Shown piece after piece: positions 59,130 through 64,000 of a stretch of DNA of 64,000 nucleotides (the first letter of the stretch is position 1; every line of letters begins with the position of its first letter). The notes under the pieces were generated by a model. The model was not told where the DNA came from and did not search any database. It saw only the letters and a list, made by a program, of their open reading frames with translations. This DNA is from the human T2T-CHM13v2.0 reference genome, Homo sapiens. The DNA lies in assembly GCF_009914755.1 (NCBI RefSeq), contig NC_060933.1. One strand, written 5' to 3'. The translations under genes were made by a program, and so were the position numbers.

Positions 59130-59245
59130 GTGATGACATCACCAATACAGCAACTGGCCGCGGTGGCTCTGGGTATAAACGGACTTGGTGCATCAGGAGG
59201 CAGCACAGATCCACGAAGCACAGGGGGAGAAAAGGAGAGTGCTGA
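59130..59245 (+). promoter_or_regulatory. Candidate promoter/enhancer module (CRE/ATF-like palindrome, CCAAT, GC-rich spot, TATAAA)
   Basis: GTGATGACATCAC 59130-59142, CCAAT 59142-59146, ggccgcgg, TATAAA 59174-59179; motif evidence only. Confidence 0.3.
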
Positions 59246-59989
59246 CTAAGGTGGTGGCCAATGGGAGGCTCAAAAAAGGAAAATCCCTCCCCCAGGAAGC
59301 CTCAAAAGCACCCACAGGAGTCCCCAGGTACTCATCTTTGGGAAGTGAATACAAAGTAACTTCAGGAGACTCCGCCTGAGATGCTACTGGGGCATCCAAG
59401 ACTGGAGATTGGTCGGCTGTCAACAGATGGCTAGATGGAAACTCTGAGCTTCACTGAACTCACAGTATCAGATTCACACTAAATGACTGGTAACAGCACC
59501 CATGGGCAGGAAACTGAGATAAGAAGGCAAGCAGCTAGCACAGGAAGAACTGATACTTGTCTGCAGAAGCATATGTGTTACCCAGACTTGAAGGGAAGGA
59601 AGTGGGTATCCAGGTACAGGGGGAGGAAAAGTTTCACTAGAAAAACAGCTGTCAAAAAACAGGGTTTCAAGAGACTCAAGATTGAACATTTCAGGAAACA
59701 TTTCAGGAGAATGTCTGTTTGTTAACCTGAGCTGGAGTTGGGACTGACGGTAAAGTGATGCTGCTTCCCTCCACTAACTTGCATTACCAATTTACAAACA
59801 CCCTTTCTTAATTCTGCCCAAATGCATACCCTCATGAACAAATGGCCCATGCTCCGCAATCAGAAAATTCAGTGAGGCATAGGGGTTAGTTTCATCTGCT
59901 TGCTGTCCTTCCCCATCTCCTACCCAGCTGAAAGGAAACAGGAATAAACTCTACTCCTTCTCCTTAGGGGACAGCACCCCTACCCAGCC

Positions 59990-60585
59990 ACACAAGGAAC
60001 CCAGAATTATTACTCAATGGCTCCTCCCTCACTGCACCACTGACCCTCAAACTGGGGGACAGGCCACCAAGTCAAGTCCTCTTTCACGTTCTGAGAAATC
60101 CTTTAACTCTGGCCTCTTCTGTCCAATGCCACAGCCTCTACTCTACTTCATTACTCATCATCTTCCACACTAACTGTTGCAACAGCCTTTTGTCCTCCTT
60201 CTGCCACCTCCACATCCTGGCTTCATCCACTTCACCAGATTTATCTTCCTAAAATCAGCAATCTTACAACAATTGCCTCATCAAAAACCTTCCATGTGGC
60301 TGGTTGCAGTGGCTCACGCCTGTAATCCCAGCACTTTGGGAGGCCAAGGCAGGTGGATCACCTGAGGTCAGGAGTTCGAAAGCAGCCTGGCCAACATGGC
60401 GAAACCCCGTCTCTACTAAAAATACAAAAATTAGCTGGGCGTGGTAGCAGGCACCTGTAATCCCAGCTACTCGGAACGCTGAGGCAGGAGAATCGGTTGA
60501 ACCCAGGCTGTGGGGGCAGAGGTTGCAGTGAGCCGAGATCCCACTACTTCACTCCAGCCTGGGTGAAAGAGTAAAACTCCGTCTC

Positions 60586-60618
<33 letters not shown>

Positions 60619-61165
60619 CCAGGTTCCCATTTTTTAGGAGATACAACCCAAATTCCTTAGCGTGACATTCAGGACACAATGACTCACGACCCAAGTCAGC
60701 CTTTTTGGTTTCTGCCCTTGACACTCTCCTTCCCACTGTACCAAGTGCTCTCTTATTCCCGCCCATCTCAACTTCCCCCAAGGCCTTCCCACTGGGGAGC
60801 CCAACACAATCCCACTTGCCCTTTGAAACCTAGTTCAAATACCATCTCTCCTTTCAAGTCTTTGCCGGACCCTAAACAAGGGAAGCCAATCATCCCTGTT
60901 TGTACCTGTTGTCTTAGTGCAATTACTGAAAGCGCTCATTTACTCAGAGTGCCCTGCTTTGAATGATAAATTATATGACCTTCCTACCTAAAACCTACCC
61001 TAACCCAAAGATAGAAATAGTACAGTGACTTGTGTTAAGTGTTTTGCTTGACGTTGTGCTCCTCAAGGGTAATAACTGTCTTGTTTTAGTGTGTACATCC
61101 AGCATTTAAAGACTGTTAGGACCTGCCAGGCGTTCAATGAACGTTGGTGGAATGAAAGAATAAAT
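59990..61165 (+). mobile_element. L2 interrupted by AluSx (60298-60614)
   Basis: L2-type pyrimidine-rich body; Alu TSD aaaaaccttcca. Confidence 0.7.
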
Positions 61166-61168
61166 CTC

Positions 61169-61510
<342 letters not shown>

Positions 61511-61729
61511 TCATCTAAACTTCCAAAGAGAAATTAGCCAAATCAGAATTAGATCTAAAAATTCCTGGGCCAAAAAGCAGGCGGTAAAAACATGTCACAT
61601 AAGCCATTTATTTCCTAGTCAGTGTCTTAATTTTTTTCATTATCAACCCTCAAAGGAGCCTAAGTATAAAGCTTACTTTTTTAATTCAATAACAGGATCA
61701 GAATGACTCAATAAATATTTTAAAAGTTA

Positions 61730-62886
<1,157 letters not shown>

Positions 62887-63053
62887 TTAACTTTATAACT
62901 GTATTTGCTGAGTGACTTTTAATATAATGTTAAATATAATGCATCAAATTATATATACAAATTATCAATTTCTATACCTACATAATAGCAATGTAATCAA
63001 CTTTTCAAAAAACATTCAAAACTGTTATTTTCCAGCAAAAGTAAAACTATTGA

Positions 63054-63654
<601 letters not shown>

Positions 63655-64000
63655 TAATTAGCTGCTAGATATTAATTCAAATACTGTCAATGTTTTCCTT
63701 TTTGGCACTTGAGATAATTATTGGTGAGCTGAATAATCTTAATTGAATTAAATAATAAAATATAAATGATTTTCATTCAATTCTCAAATCCTTATATTTG
63801 AGGGCCAAATATAAGCAAGCCACAAGGCACCCAATGGTAGCCCATAAGTATGTGAAGGTAACCAACTAAAATGACTTCAAGATCAGGCAACTAGAGAGAA
63901 AGTCTTCCAACCACAGCCATCTCTACGTTATAAATTTGTTGGATTGACCTTGAATATATTCTGTACATCTTCCATGAATCCATTATCAATGTTGCTAGTG

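Overview
Primate genomic DNA, most likely human (AluJ, AluS and AluY; L1M, L2, MIR; MaLR and ERV1 LTRs; Tigger and hAT MITEs). There is no CpG island and no recognisable protein-coding exon; the listed ORFs are mostly repeat-derived or chance. The window looks like the interior of one large minus-strand transcription unit. It holds several short exon candidates with AG/GT boundaries (33931-33995, 30206/30113-30277, 9902-9998, 9390-9476, 6064-6127), probably 5'UTR or lncRNA exons, and 10 of 11 LTRs plus most L1 pieces lie antisense to it. I could not identify the gene. The most notable structures are: (1) an old ~600-bp inverted duplication of mostly unique DNA (49004-49602 vs 50841-51819, about 90% identical by hand), later interrupted by a THE1 LTR and able to form a long non-Alu dsRNA hairpin; (2) a perfect hairpin burying the 5' splice site of the 6064-6127 exon; (3) a TSD-flanked insertion made only of an L1 5' end; (4) a tailless 39-nt U2 snRNA retrocopy; (5) a run of four abutting palindromes; (6) a possible antisense TATA/CCAAT/CRE promoter. 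Repeat subfamily names come from remembered consensus sequences and repeat boundaries are approximate.
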